Position numbers and translations under genes: made by a program. A model generated the notes under the pieces. That model was not told the DNA's origin. It searched no databases and saw only the letters and a list, made by a program, of their open reading frames with translations. 64,000 nucleotides of DNA from Chiloscyllium plagiosum (taxonomy: Eukaryota): contig NC_057719.1 of NCBI RefSeq assembly GCF_004010195.1, positions 87,550,382-87,614,381 of the forward strand, in the 5' to 3' direction. Positions 12,170 through 24,970 of the stretch are shown piece by piece. The number at the start of each line of letters is the position of its first letter. Position 1 is the stretch's first letter.

Positions 12170-13740
12170 CAAAATAAAAATCAAAGGACTGTGGATGCTG
12201 GAAATCAGAAACAGAAACAAAAACTGCTGGAGAAACTCAGCAGGTCAGGCAGCATCTATGGAAAGAGAAACTACAGTTAATGTTTTGGGTCCAGTGACCT
12301 TTTGTCAGAATTGATTGTGGCTGGGAAAAGGTTGGTTGATATGCTAAAGGTGGCGGGGGGGGGTGCGTTGGGAGGGAGGGATGGCAGAACACACTGGAGG
12401 CCAAGGGACAATAACAGTTGGACAGACAAAGGAATGGGTAATAGCCAGCCTAGGAACTGAGAATGGGTTGTTTATGGTAGCAGCCCATGTGATGACAAAG
12501 CCTGGTGTATGAGGGTTCGGGTAAGGACATGGGAGAAGGTACTCAGGACCTTAAATTATTGAACACTGCAGCAAGCCTGAGATAGAGATGTTGGCCAAGG
12601 AACAGGGTGGTGTGTTGAAATGGCGGGTAACAGGAGGCTCAGGACCATTTTTGCAAATAGAACTTAGGTGTTCTGCATAGTGATCCCCTAGTCTGCGTTA
12701 CATCACCCGAATGTAGAGGAGACTGCATTATCAGCAGTGAATACAGTACATTGGATTGAGTGAAGTACAGGTATTTACGCGGATCATCTAGAAGGTTTCT
12801 CTGGGACCTTGGATGGTGAGGAGGGAGGAAGTAAAAGAGTAAATGTTACATTTTCTGAAGGTGCCGTGGGGGTATGGGGCGGTGCTGGATGTGAAGGAAG
12901 AGTGGGCTAGGGTGTCGCGGAGGAAAGGGTTTGTGACAAGGGAAGGGAGGGGAAAATGTGTCTGGTAGTGGTACCCCACTGGAGAAATGGTGGCTAATGA
13001 TCTTCTGGATATGGATGATGGTGGGATGGTAGGTGAGGACAAAGGGGACCTTATCGCTATTGAGGAGGGAAGAGAGGAGGTGAGGGCAGAAGTACAGGAG
13101 ATGCATCAGACAAGGCCTAAGGGACCTATCAACTACGGCGCTGGAGAATCCTCAGTTCAGAAAGAAGGTGAACATTTCAAAGGACCCCTTGTTGAAGCTG
13201 ACATCATCGGAACAGATAATATGGAGATGGAGGAACTAGAAGAATGGAGTCTCTACTTTACAGGAAGCAAGGTGTGAGGATGTAAAGTCAAGATAACTGT
13301 GGGAAGCAATGGATTTGTAGTGAATATTGATGGCTAGGAATTGAAAGAGAGTTGAAAAATGTGTTGCTGGAAAAGCGCAGCAGGTCAGGCAGCATCCAAG
13401 AAGCAGGAGAATCGACGTTTCGGGCATAAGCCCTTCTTCAGGAATTGAAAGAGAGTTGTCAAGGAAAGAAAGGGAGGAGTCAGGGACAGAGCAGGTGAAA
13501 GTAAGAGCAGGGTGGAAATTAGATGCAAAATTGATCCATTTTTCCATTTAGATCCTCTGAACTATACTCTCCATTGAACTCAGTGTCTAGACTGATCCTT
13601 GTATTCGATGAACTTGCAAACTTCCATTAAATAGCAACATAAAACAACAAGAGTTAAAGTTCTGAAACGTTCACTCTCTTTCTCTCTCCACAGATGCTGC
13701 CAGGTCTGCTGAGTTTCCCCAGCACTTTCTGTTTCGATCC
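12170..13740 (-). mobile_element. Degenerate Penelope-like retroelement (RT C-terminus, linker, GIY-YIG endonuclease, terminal repeat), with an inverted terminal fragment at ~13655-13735
   Basis: Peptides FASNFHPALTFT..SLSFLD, IHYK..SHSYLDFTSSH..SCK and DKVPFVLTYHP. Hand-read YCIHC**CSLLYIRVM*RRLGDHYAEHL is a decayed GIY-YIG motif. Decayed hammerhead at ~12275-12312. Confidence 0.8.
13410..13445 (-). ncRNA. Minimal hammerhead ribozyme motif (family A), intact core
   Basis: Minus strand reads ATTC-CTGAAGA-A-GGGC(TTAT)GCCC-GAAA-CG-TC/GATT. Confidence 0.75.
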
Positions 13741-13789
13741 CACTACATCCCAAATTCCCTTCCCCTGCAGGCTTGACACGTCAAGTAGA

Positions 13790-14130
13790 GCAGGAAGCGA
13801 TGGCCTACTAGTATTATCGCTGGATTGTTGAATCAGAGAACTGAGTAATGTTCTGGGGACCAAGGTTCGAAATCCGCCATGGGTGATGGTAGAATTTGAA
13901 TTCAGTAAATATCTGGAATTAAGAGGCTAATGATGACCATAAATCCAAACTGTCAGGAAAAACTCAATTGATTCACTAATGTCCTTTAGGGAAGGAAACT
14001 GCCATCCTTACCTTGTCTGGCTTACATGCGACTCCAGACCCACAGAAGTGTGATTGACTCTGAATTATGGATGGGCAATAAGTGCTGACCCAGCCAGTGA
14101 CACCCTCATCCCATGAATGGACAAGAAAAA
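13790..14130 (+). mobile_element. tRNA-derived SINE (second family)
   Basis: B box ggttcgaaatcc, shared core, tail gggcaataagtgctg...catcccatgaatg. Confidence 0.7.
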
Positions 14131-14743
14131 CCATATTTAGACATGCTGTATTAAATCCAACCACTTCCCCAGTTCCACACATATACACACATCACGCCCC
14201 CCTACCCCCAACTACACTCAATCCCCTACAACTACCAATGGATTTGCTGCTTTTTCAGGATATTGTCAGAGTATAATAAACAGAAACTAGAGTAGTAAGC
14301 TTGTTATTCTACTTCTCAGCTACTCCTTCCCAAACCCTCGATTCCACGATAAACTAAAATTCCATTAACCTTGATTTTGAATAACTGAACAACTGGTTTA
14401 GTGAATTCCAAAGATTTGCTGCCAAAATTCTCACCTCTATCCTAAATGGGCCTGACCCCTGATCTTGAAACTATGACCTCTAGCGCTGTACTCTGCAACA
14501 AGAGGTGGACAAACAACCTCTCAGCATCAACTCTGTTAATTCTTTTCAATGATTCCAATTTCATTCTTGCAAATATTAGATATCATAAACCCAATGTCTC
14601 CTCATCCCAGTGATTATTTGAGTGAAATTATTGCACTCTCTCAGAGACAAACCTACCATTCTTTCAATCAGGATGTGGGGATAGTGGGCAAGATGTAATG
14701 GAGGGAGAAGATAAATTGTAATCTTCAACAACCGTGGTGTTTT

Positions 14744-15063
14744 GGGTGGCACTGGTAGCACTGCTACCTCACAATGCCACGGACCAGGTTCAATTCCAGC
14801 CTTGTGGGTGATTGCCTCTGTGGAGTTTGTGTGGGTTTCTCTGGGTGCTCCAGTTTCCTCCCACAGTCCAAAGATGTGCAGGTTAGGTGGATTGGCCAGG
14901 CTAAATTTCCCATACTGCCCAGGGATGTGAAAGTTAAGTGGAGTAGCCATGGGAAATGCAGAGTTACAGGCATAGGATAGGGTGGGATACTCTTTGGAGG
15001 ATCAGTGTAGACTAGATGGGCAAAATGGCCTGTTTCCACACTGTCGGGTTCTATGGTTCTATG
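14744..15063 (+). mobile_element. V-SINE, older and longer subfamily
   Basis: B box, V-domain, tail ttctatggttctatg. Confidence 0.8.
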
Positions 15064-15343
15064 AAATGGGCTAGCTGGTCATGCTTCTTCTTGATACTCT
15101 CACTCAATTTCAAACTGCACACAGTACTCTAGGTGTGGTCTCACCAAAACCCTACACAACTGTAGCATGGCTTCTTTATTGTTATGTTGCAATCCCTAGG
15201 CGACAGAGGTCAACATGCTACTTGTTTTCTCAAATGTTTTGTTAACTTTCTCTGACTTATGTATAAGGATAACCAAACTCCCCCAATTATCGATAGTGCC
15301 TGGTCTTTCACCAGATCTAATGGACCCCAGGAATTAGGCTCAC

Positions 15344-15454
15344 CTGGTTTTTTGACAGAATCTGGTTTATCCAGTTGGTGAAGGTTTTTTTCTGTACTAG
15401 CATCCGCTGCTGTTGGAGCTCCTTGATGCGGTGTTTCTCAAACTCCTCGTCCAT
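15344..15454 (-). CDS. SPTBN5: Spectrin beta chain non-erythrocytic 5, first recognisable coding exon (MDEEFEKHRIKELQQQRMLVQKKTFTNWINQILSKNQ)
   Basis: QKKTFTNWIN motif starts the beta-spectrin CH1 domain. Acceptor ccacccgcAG|GTCAGGATG (exon starts at 15460), donor CAG|GTGAGC at 15343. 111 nt, phase 0. Confidence 0.9.
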
Positions 15455-16967
15455 CCTGACCTGCGGGTGGGACGGAGACAGGACACAGTGAAGGGGCAGT
15501 GACATTGCAACGATCAGCACGTCAGCACAGCAGTGTGCCTGCCAGTATACAAAGTTTCAGAGCTTATTGGTCTTTGAATACACAGTGTTCATTGTGGCTC
15601 CTCTACATGATAATTCTGGTGAGAGGAGGAGGAGGAAGAATCAGTAACAAGAAGAGTAACAGCTTTTGTTTGCGTTTTATTCAAATCCCTGTTTATCTTA
15701 ATGTATTAGTAATGTGCAAGCGTTCCACAAGACATAAGTACGGCTGTTCAGGGATAGGGAGGAGTTCAACTGGTGCCACTATTCTGCATGCTGTCCCTTT
15801 CACCACCACAGCTTAAGAGTTTATGCAATTAAGTGCATACAGCCCCAAAGCAAAGAAGGATGCTGTATGGCTATTGGCAGAAGTGCCAGCTGTTGAAAAA
15901 GGTAGCCTATAGGTCCAGTCCGCTATTCTCCTTACCACAGTACCACAAATGTCTCCTGTTCAAGTAATCAGCCCTCTTTGATGCTATTCAGAATATGTTT
16001 CCAACACAAAATGTGGATCATAACAACCCACTGCATAAACGGGAGTACTCCTAATGACTTTACTTCTCCCTTCATTGCTCCATAAGTGGTACAGTAGCCA
16101 GATTGAATCCACCTTTTGGTGCTAGACTTCATGAGAGAAGACAGATAACTTGTGATTTAGCAAGTTATTGAACTAGAAGGTTAGAAAACCAGAATCTGTT
16201 CCAGTCATAACTTCTCATTGACACAAACACTTTCAATAAGGATTAGTTTGGCAGAACTCAAGGCTTAAAGCACAGAGTGATTTGTATTCTGTCTTCAAGT
16301 TAAGGAACATGCAGACTGCCTGAGCAAACAAAGCAAAAGATGAACTCAAAAGGACTGAGTGTCAACAGTGTTGTCTCAGGGTGTGAGGGTCTGTAAGAGT
16401 TAATACTGAGGAAAGCATCACCCACTATGACAATTTCACATGAACTGGTGAGCAGAACAGCTTAGCATCTCGAAAGAGATCTGATCATCTGATCGTCTGC
16501 TGTGCTGACATGCTGATCGTTGCATCTGATCATCCTCACAGTTTCATATCATTGTAGCCTGTGACGAGCTACAATGTATTACTTGTTGTTAACTACAAGA
16601 GACAGCTCTAGTTAGACCATTAAGTGCTTCTGCTCTACCACACTAGATCAATTGGCATTGTCTCTCTCTCGCTCTCTCTCTCTATACACTTAAAGGGAAT
16701 GGTGACAGCAAATCAACTCCATCGGTGAGATGCAGACTTGGTTCACCTGCTATTTTAACAGTGATGAGCCACTTCCTTGAATCTCTGCAGTCCACGTGGT
16801 ACTGGAATAACAACAATGCCGTTAGGCAGGTAGACGTGAAGAAAGAGGGGTGTAGCTTCAAGCTGAGATGATGTGTAATTTGTGGGTTGTCATCTTCTCA
16901 TTAGTACAGTGTCTAGTATCCACATTTATCACTGGGATTAACCCCAAGGCATGGAGCTAGTCTTGAG

Positions 16968-17295
16968 GAGGCACTGGCCTAGTGGTGTTATTGGTAGACT
17001 AATAATTCAGAGAACCAGTTAATGTTCTGGGCACCTGGAATTGAATACAACTACCTCAGATGGTGAAGACTCAATTGCAAACAAAAACAAATCTGGAATT
17101 AAGAGTCTAATGATGACCATGAAAACATGGCCAATTGTCAGGAAAAGCCCATCTGGTTCACTAATATCCTTTAGGGAAGGAAATTGCCATCCTTACCTGG
17201 TACATGCAATGTGGTTAACTCTTAACAGCCCACTAGGGCATTTAGGGTTGGGCAATGAATGTTGACCAAGCCAACAATATCCACATCCCACAAAT
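16968..17295 (+). mobile_element. tRNA-derived SINE (second family)
   Basis: A box TGGCCTAGTGG, shared core and tail. Confidence 0.7.
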
Positions 17296-17309
17296 GCACA
17301 TATAATTAT

Positions 17310-18585
17310 TTGGAAAAGCACAGTTTGATTAGAGACAGTCAGCATGTCTTTGAGGGGGGGCAGGCCTTGCCTCACAAACCTTATTGAATTCTTGGAGGAT
17401 GTGACAAAACACATTGATGACGGTAGAGCCGTGGATGTGATGTACATAGATTTTAGCAAGGCTTTTGATCAGGTTCCCCATGGTAGGCTCATCCAGAAAG
17501 TAAGGAGGCATGGGATACAGGGAAATTTGGCTGTCTGGATACAGAATTGGCCACCCCATAGAAAACAGAGAGTGGTAGTAGATGGAAAGTATTCAGCCTG
17601 GAGCTTGGTGACCAGTGGTGTTCCGCAGGGATGTATTCTGGGACTTCTGCTCCTTGTGCCCCTTGGATAAGGAAGTCAAAGTGTGAGTTAGTAAGTTTGC
17701 CAATGACACAAAAATTGGTGGATAGTATGGAGGGCTGCTGTAGGCTGCAATGGGACATTGACAGGATGCAGAGCTGTGCTGAGAAGTGGCAGATGGAGTT
17801 CAACCTGGAAAAGTGTGAAGTGATTCATTTTGGAAGGTCAAATTTGAATACAGAATACAGGGTTAAAGGTAGGATTCTTGGCGGTGTGGAGGAAAAGAGG
17901 AGGATCTTGGGGTCCACATCCACAGATCCCTCAAAGTTGCCACCCAAGTTGATAGGGTACTTAAGAAGGCGTATGGTGTGTTGGCTTTTATCAGCAAGGT
18001 AATTGAGTTTAAGAGCTGCAAAGTTATGCTGCAGCTCTATAAAACCCTGATTAGACCACACTTGGAATATTGTATTCAGTTCTGGTCGCCCCATTATGGG
18101 AAGGATGTGGAAGCTTTAGAGAGGGTGCAGAGGAGATTTACAGGATGCTGCCTGGACTTGAGGGCATGTCTTATGAAGAAAGGTTGAGGGAGCTTGGGCT
18201 TTTCTCATTGGAGCGAAGAAGGTTGAGAGGTGACTTCGGAGAGGTGTACAAGATGATGAGAGGCATAGATAGAGTGGATAGCCAGAGATTTCTTTCCAGA
18301 GTGGAAATGGATATCATGAGGGGACATAATTTTAAGGTGATTGGACGAAGGTTTAGGGAGATGTCAAAGCTAGGTTCTTTACACAAATAGTGGTGGGTGC
18401 GTGAAAGGCACTGCCAGCAGTGGTAGTAGAGTCAGATCCATTAGGGACATTTAAGGGACTCTTGAATAGGCACATAGATGATAGTGAAATGAAGGGTATG
18501 TAGGTTAGTTTGATCTTAGAGTAGAATAAAAGGTCGGCACAACATTGAGGGCCAAAAGGCCTGTACTGAGTGTTCTATGTTCTAT
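17310..18585 (+). mobile_element. CR1 LINE (HER1-like), RT to 3' end
   Basis: CLTNLIEFLEDVT..DVMYIDFSKAFDQVPH, SGVPQG, LYKTLIRPHLEYC and LGLFSLERRRLRGD. Tail (TTCTATG)n. Confidence 0.92.
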
Positions 18586-18679
18586 GTACTGGGATCAGGA
18601 GAGAGAGTTCAGAAGCACACTTTCTTTATTTCAAATATATACTTTATTCAAAATTGTATTTGTTGTCCTTCACAGTAGT

Positions 18680-19640
18680 AGAGGTCACAAATTTGGAAGG
18701 TATTGTCTGAAGATCTTTGGTAAGTTTCTGCAGTGCATTTTGTAGATCACACACACTTCTGTTAAGTGTCGGTGTTGGACGGAATGGATGCTTGTGGATG
18801 TGGTGCCTATCAAGCGAGCCGCTTTGTCCTGGATGGTGGTGAGATTCTCGAATGTTACTGAAGCTGAAACCATCCAGACAAGTGTCGAGGATTCCGTCAC
18901 TCTCCTGATTTGTGCCTCTGGGAAGTCAGCGGATGAGTTATTGACCACTAAAATTCCCAGTCTCTCATCTGCTCTTGTAGCCACAGTATTTATATGGCTA
19001 GTTTCTGTCAGCTCTTGAGACATTTCAGTATCTGAGGAGTTGCAAATGGTGCTGAACATTGTTCAGTCATCGGCAAACATTCTCACTTCTAACCTTATGA
19101 TGGAGGGAAGATCATTGATGAAGCAGCTGAAGATGGTTGTGCCTAGGACACTACCCTGAGGAACTCCTGCAGAGACGTCCTGGAGCTGAGATGACTGACC
19201 TTGAACAACTATAACCATGTTTCCACACGCCAGGTATGATTCCAACCAACAGAGAGTTTGCCCCTGATTCCCACTGATTCCAGTTTTACTTGGGCTCCTT
19301 GAGGCCACACTCGGTCAAATGCAGCCTTTATGTCAAGGGCAGTCACTCTCACCTCACCTCTGGAATTCAGCTCTTTTGTCCATGTTGAACTAAGGCTGTA
19401 GTAAGGTCAGGAGCTGAGTGGGCCTGGTGGAACCCAAACTGGGCATCACAGAGTAGATTATTGCTTTATTAGCTTTTTGAGACACTCAATCACTTTGTTG
19501 ACTATTGAGAGTGGCCTGAAGGGACAGTAACTGTACAGATTGGAATTGTCTAGCTCCTTCATAAACAGAACATTTTAGCAATTTTCCACACTGCCGTTAG
19601 ATGACAGTATCTAGATGTCATGATACAGCTTGGATCACAA
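18680..19640 (-). mobile_element. Non-LTR retrotransposon (CR1/L2-group, second family) RT fragment
   Basis: AGVPQGSVLGTTIFSCFINDLPSII..VRMFADD; same family as 27400-28730. Confidence 0.85.
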
Positions 19641-22254
19641 GTCTTCAGTCCCACCTCTGCGATGATGGCAATCTTTAAAAATGGTGAGTGGGACCTAGAC
19701 CCAGAGATTCTGCCCTTATTGCAAGCAGATCCCATTGTTGCCAGTCGGGCAAAGGAGACAAAGCACTGCAGACAGGAGGGAAACCCAAACTCAATAAGGC
19801 CATTTGAACTGAGTGCTAATTCCAGTTTCACTGGAGCAAGGGCTTTTATCTTGCCAGTGGCTAGTCTTTTTAAAGTAGACCTACAATGATTGAAAAAGGC
19901 AGATATAGTCTATGGAACTGTCAAGCTGTCATGTTATTTTAAGTAGATAAAAATCTAAAAATTGGAAAGAAAACAATTGCCTGCCTGCAATTTAAAATAA
20001 ATTTCAACAGCCGTTTATTTGCATAACCATAAGTGCTATCCATATAGCATTTGTAATGCTTGACTACTTTCCCCAAACTATTACTATCATTGTGGGTGTC
20101 TGTAATGTCACAGCTTTAATGACATTTCATGAAAATTATTAAAGGATTTGATGTCTTTGATGTGGACTTATGAATAGGAGTCTTTTTGAGGGATGAATTA
20201 CTTGAAGAGACTTTAATGTATTGAAGAGGTTTTCATTAATACGTTTTTTTAAATACAGTGAAGCCTATAATAAGTATTTAGATCTTTATTTTATTCATCC
20301 GAGTAATGCCTCCTGAGGTCTATCCAAGAGGGATACTGAGTGTTCTTTCATGGGAGGTTTAGGGCAATGAGTGGTGGGTGGGAGGTGGATGCGAGGGGCT
20401 TAGATTGGCATGAGTTGGAACTTGTTCAGTAGAGGGGACAAAAGCTGTGCCTATGGGTGTGGGCTGAGAGCATGGGTTAGCAAGAGTCGGTCCTTACAGG
20501 GATGGGGAATACGACCAATGTGCCCAGAGCAACTAAAGTCAGTCACACAGAAAAGAGGGGGAGCATTTTAAACAGCCACCTCTGCAGTTGGCAGTGTGGT
20601 CACTCCAATCAGATGGCCAGGCTTTATTCCAAACCTCAAGAATAGAGATCCTACCATACAGAGCAACTAGGAGCTCTGTGCCAGGCCACAGTCTCAGAGT
20701 ATTCAGCACTGCATCATCAGACTGTGCCAAATCCTCATACAAAAGATGCAAATGCTCGCCTTTCATTTGAGGAACTAAACAGTTCAATTTCTACTGCAGA
20801 TATAAATGCTGAATCCTCACATTTTACAGCATGGCAGTCTGCAATGTCTCTGAAAATCTCTCCCCTCAGTCCTGATCTGCTACTCTTTCTCGATTCCTCT
20901 AGCATCCAGTGCCATCTCTGAAAGAGATGTCATTTTTAACTAACTCTCCTGTCCTTTCCCCAACATACATCAATTTAACTGCAGAGGTGGATGAGCCATC
21001 AGTGATTTAAGCTGGCAATTTCCTTAGATTGGCCATAGGTTAGTGTTAAGAATACCATACGCATAGTTGAAATGTCACTATACTTGCATTTAATGTTTGA
21101 GACAGCATGCTGATTGGACATGGATAAATCTGAACGAGATAATCTGTAGTCAGCTTGTCCTTCGGATTGTGATAAGAGTTTAAGGGAGATGTTCAAATGT
21201 CAGGTCAAAATGATAAATTAGGAAGGGGTGGGGGAAGGGAGATGAAGGACTATAGAGAACACCCCAATGTTACAACATTTCTACAGAAAATTACAACTCT
21301 ATGCAAAAGTAGAATTTGTCAGTAACACAGCATTGGCCTATTAAGTATGTGTCAGTGAATTGGTCCCCTGACCTAATGAATGAACTACCTCTAACCTTGC
21401 CAAGAACCTGCTTTTTAAACTGGTCATTTTTGAAGCTAGTAAATAAAATGGCCTGAAATCTACTCAAATAACTGCTCACAAAGCTGATCAGGACTGGGCC
21501 TCATAATAACCCAGTTCCTGAAAAGATTAAACTTCTGTTTTACCGTAAGTCATAAAAGGGAGTGCTAGGCAGAGCTGTTTGGCAGATTAGTGCATCCCAA
21601 TTTCTACAACAGATACCGAATAAACAAATCAGTCTGTCAATTTCTAAAAGAAAACTTATTTCTCTTAAATCTCTGAACTATATTCCCTTTTTTTCTGTTC
21701 CCTCACCTTAAAAGGACCAATAATTGACAAACAAGTAAAAACACCTGTCCTTGGCTGCTTTCACTTGTGTGTATTGTGTGAGTGCAGAGATGCTGGAGCA
21801 CGTTATTGGTATTTTGGGATTTTCCAAGATATCTTGGAGACTGTACAGCTCCCGGAGGTGGCCAAGATGAGGTAGGTCTTGAGCTGCGAGGCATTTTTGT
21901 TTTAGATTCAGTCAAAAGTTGCGCATATTGTTGACAAGACTAGCATTTACTGTTAATCCCTAATTAGACACATTATCGGGGTCACCAGGAGGTCACCTTT
22001 AGGAGGACAGACAGAGCAGCACCAACATAAAAGGACAGGAAGAATAGGAGGCTGATGGGTCCACAACATTCCTCCTACTCAACTTTCTTCACCTGGATCT
22101 GGAGACCTCTCTACTGGATGCCCTCTCTCTTTGCCTCTGGGTGATCTTGAATTCTATCACTGTGCATCAGTCAGCACACTTTGCACCTTCCATGGAAGTG
22201 CGAGTATGGTGATTATAGACCATCCCATGAATATCACTTAGAATCAGAGCTTGA

Positions 22255-22740
22255 TTTTCTTTTCATTCATTCGGGATAAATGGGCATCACTTTGGGCCAG
22301 TATTTATTGTCCATCACTAATTGCCCTGGAGAAGGTAAGGGTAAGCAGCCTTCTTGAACCACTGCAGTCCTTGGGATGAGGAACACCCACAGTACTATTA
22401 GGGAGGGAATTCCAGGATTTGGAACCAGTCTCACCTGAAGAGACGTTTTCCAAGTCAGGATGGTAAGTGATTCAGAGGGAAATTTGCATGTGATTGAGTT
22501 CCCATGTATCTGCTGTCCTTATCCTTCTAGATGGAAGTGGTTGTGGGTTTGGAAGATGCTGTCTAAGGAGCTTTTGTGCATTTCTGTAATGCATCTTATA
22601 GGTATTACTCTGCTGCAACTGAGTATTGGTGGTAAAGGGATTGGGTGTTTGTGGATGTGGTGCTAATTCAGCAGGCTGCTTTGTCTCAGATGGTGCCTAG
22701 CTACTGAAGTATTGCTAGAGCTGCACTCGTCCAGGCAAGG
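22255..22740 (-). mobile_element. 3' end of the second LINE family
   Basis: Reverse complement of the 28250-28720 region. Confidence 0.7.
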
Positions 22741-23194
22741 TCAAATTATCCGTGATCAGCAATTAGGAACAGGATTTCATGGTAAAATCAGCCCTTCAAA
22801 TAGATCTGTCATACTAACACAGTACCTACCCATTACATTTTCTCCCCTTTCACCAAACTAACCCCCTGTAAACCTGTGTAAGTGTGATACAGCACATAAG
22901 TCAACTGTGTTGAAAAGTATCTGTAGCAGTGAGCTTGAAAACATGCTAAAGGAAAGAACTGACTTTGATATAGAGCACTCTCATGACCTCAGAATATCTC
23001 CAAGTACACTGCAGTGCATAAAGAAACTTTCAACATTACAAGGCATTTTCACCCTTCAATTTCATTCTAAGCCATCCCAGCGGGTCCATTCTTGGTTTGG
23101 AATATGATGGACTGGCCTGCTTTAGGCATTAACTTTCTGGATAGTCAGAGTGTTGACTGGTTCTGATTTATTATCACCAGTTGATCATCGACCA

Positions 23195-23695
23195 TTGGTA
23201 GGATATTATTAAGCTGGATAGGGTTCAGAAAAGATTTACCAGGATGTTGCCAGAATAGACGGTTTGAGTTATAAGGAGAGACTGGTTAGACTGGGACTTT
23301 TCCCACTGGAGCGTAGGAGGTTGAGGGGTGACCTTATAAAAGTTTATAAAATCATGAGGGGCATAGATAAGGTGAACTGCAGGTGTCTTTTCCCTAGGGG
23401 GGGGGGATTTCAGGACTAGGGGGCATATTTTTAAGGGGACGGGAGAAAGATTTTAAAAAAAAGATACGAGGGACAACTTTTTTTTAAAAACAGAGTGGCT
23501 TGTAAGAACTTCCAGAGGAAGTGGTAGATGTAGATACAGTTACATCTAAAAGACATTTGGATAAGTACATGAATGAGAAATGTTCGGAGGGATATGGGCC
23601 AAGCACAGGAAGGTGGGGCTAGATTAGTTTGGGGTTATGATCAGCATGAACTGGTTGGTCCGAAAAGTCTGTTTCCAGGCTGTATGTCTTTATGA
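23195..23695 (+). mobile_element. CR1 3' fragment
   Basis: gggttcagaaaagatttaccaggatgttgcc..LGLFPLERRRLRGDL-type sequence. Confidence 0.85.
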
Positions 23696-24204
23696 CAAGC
23701 CACTCACCTCCTATCCAACATGAACAGGGTCTCACTAGCTGGTAAATATACATTCAACAAGAGTCAGTTTGACTCCTTGCTGGTCAGACAGCACAGACAG
23801 CAAGAAACACAGTGTCATATAACATGACCATATACTTCCATCACCAATGTACAAGAGTGACAAGGGAAAATAATGGTGACAATTAGGGGGAAGACTAACA
23901 TCTTCTAGGATATGATGCATTTTAGATTTAGGTATTTTGATTTAAAGTTTTTTTTTCTCGTCAGATCATGAATTCATTCGTGTGTGTTCTTTTCTGTAAA
24001 ATACATACTGAGGTCTTGGTAGCCTTGCATTACTGTTTTGGATGAATTACTGATTCCCAATGTGAGATAATGGTGATATGATTATTAACTCAGAAAGCTT
24101 CAGTTCTGTGTTAATTAAGTTATTTGCTTCATAGTCTATGTATCACTTATGTTTCTAACCAGTCTTTTGCAGATTTAAATGACAAAGATTGTAAAAGGTT
24201 GAAA

Positions 24205-24625
24205 GATGGCAAAATCATTAATTTCTTGCTGTCATACAGTGTCTTTCACAATCCCAGGGCACCCCAAAATACTTTACAGTCAATGAAGAAAGTGTTTGGT
24301 CAATGTTGTAATATAGGAACTGCAGCTCCAACTGCATTACAAATTACAACAATCAGAAAGGCTGTTTTAATGATATTACTTTAAGATCAATATTATTTAG
24401 GTCAGAGGGGATCATTTCATTGCTCTTCCTCAAAGAGCACCATTTTATGTTTGACTGATAGCACCAACAGGACCTCAATCTAATATTTGATCCAAAAGAA
24501 AATGCAGCGTTCCATCAGTATTCCAATCAACATAGATTTTGCTTTATAGGTGTTTCAGAAGTGAGACCTGACCATACAACCTCCCAATTATGGGCGAGAG
24601 AGAGACTGCTATCCATTGAGCCAAT
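24205..24625 (-). mobile_element. Old DeuSINE-like (SacSINE1/AmnSINE-type) element
   Basis: Diverged resemblance to the Deu-domain SINE layout; related to 30290-30490 and 32470-32600. Confidence 0.45.
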
Positions 24626-24764
24626 AAATCAAGCCAAGATGATCAGTGGATTAGACAGAGTAGACATTGAAAGTCTTTTTCCTAGGATGATGACGTCAGC
24701 TTGTACGAGGAGGCAACATTGAGGGCCGAAGGGCCTGTTCTGCGCTGTATTGTTCTATGTTCTA

Positions 24765-24970
24765 AGTTGCTGTAGTCTTGCCAGTCTTATTAGAGAGCCA
24801 CGACTGGTGTTGATTTATACCGAGGGTCACCACACCTCAGGCAAGCAGAAAAGTTGTGAAAGAGTCCTTTATGGTATTCTCAGCTGATGCCGGGATTGAG
24901 CCCACAATGTTGGCTTCACATTGCTTCACAAAACCAACCATCCAGCCAACTGAGCTAAACTGACCCCCAC
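24765..24970 (-). mobile_element. tRNA-derived SINE (another family)
   Basis: Minus strand begins ggggtcagtttagctcagttggc (A box) and later reads gggctcaatccc (B-box-like). Confidence 0.55.

Noticed and set aside
16440..16560. Short CTGATC-rich repeats as a structured RNA
   Set aside because: No GAAA partner or consistent helices; probably part of an unclassified repeat.
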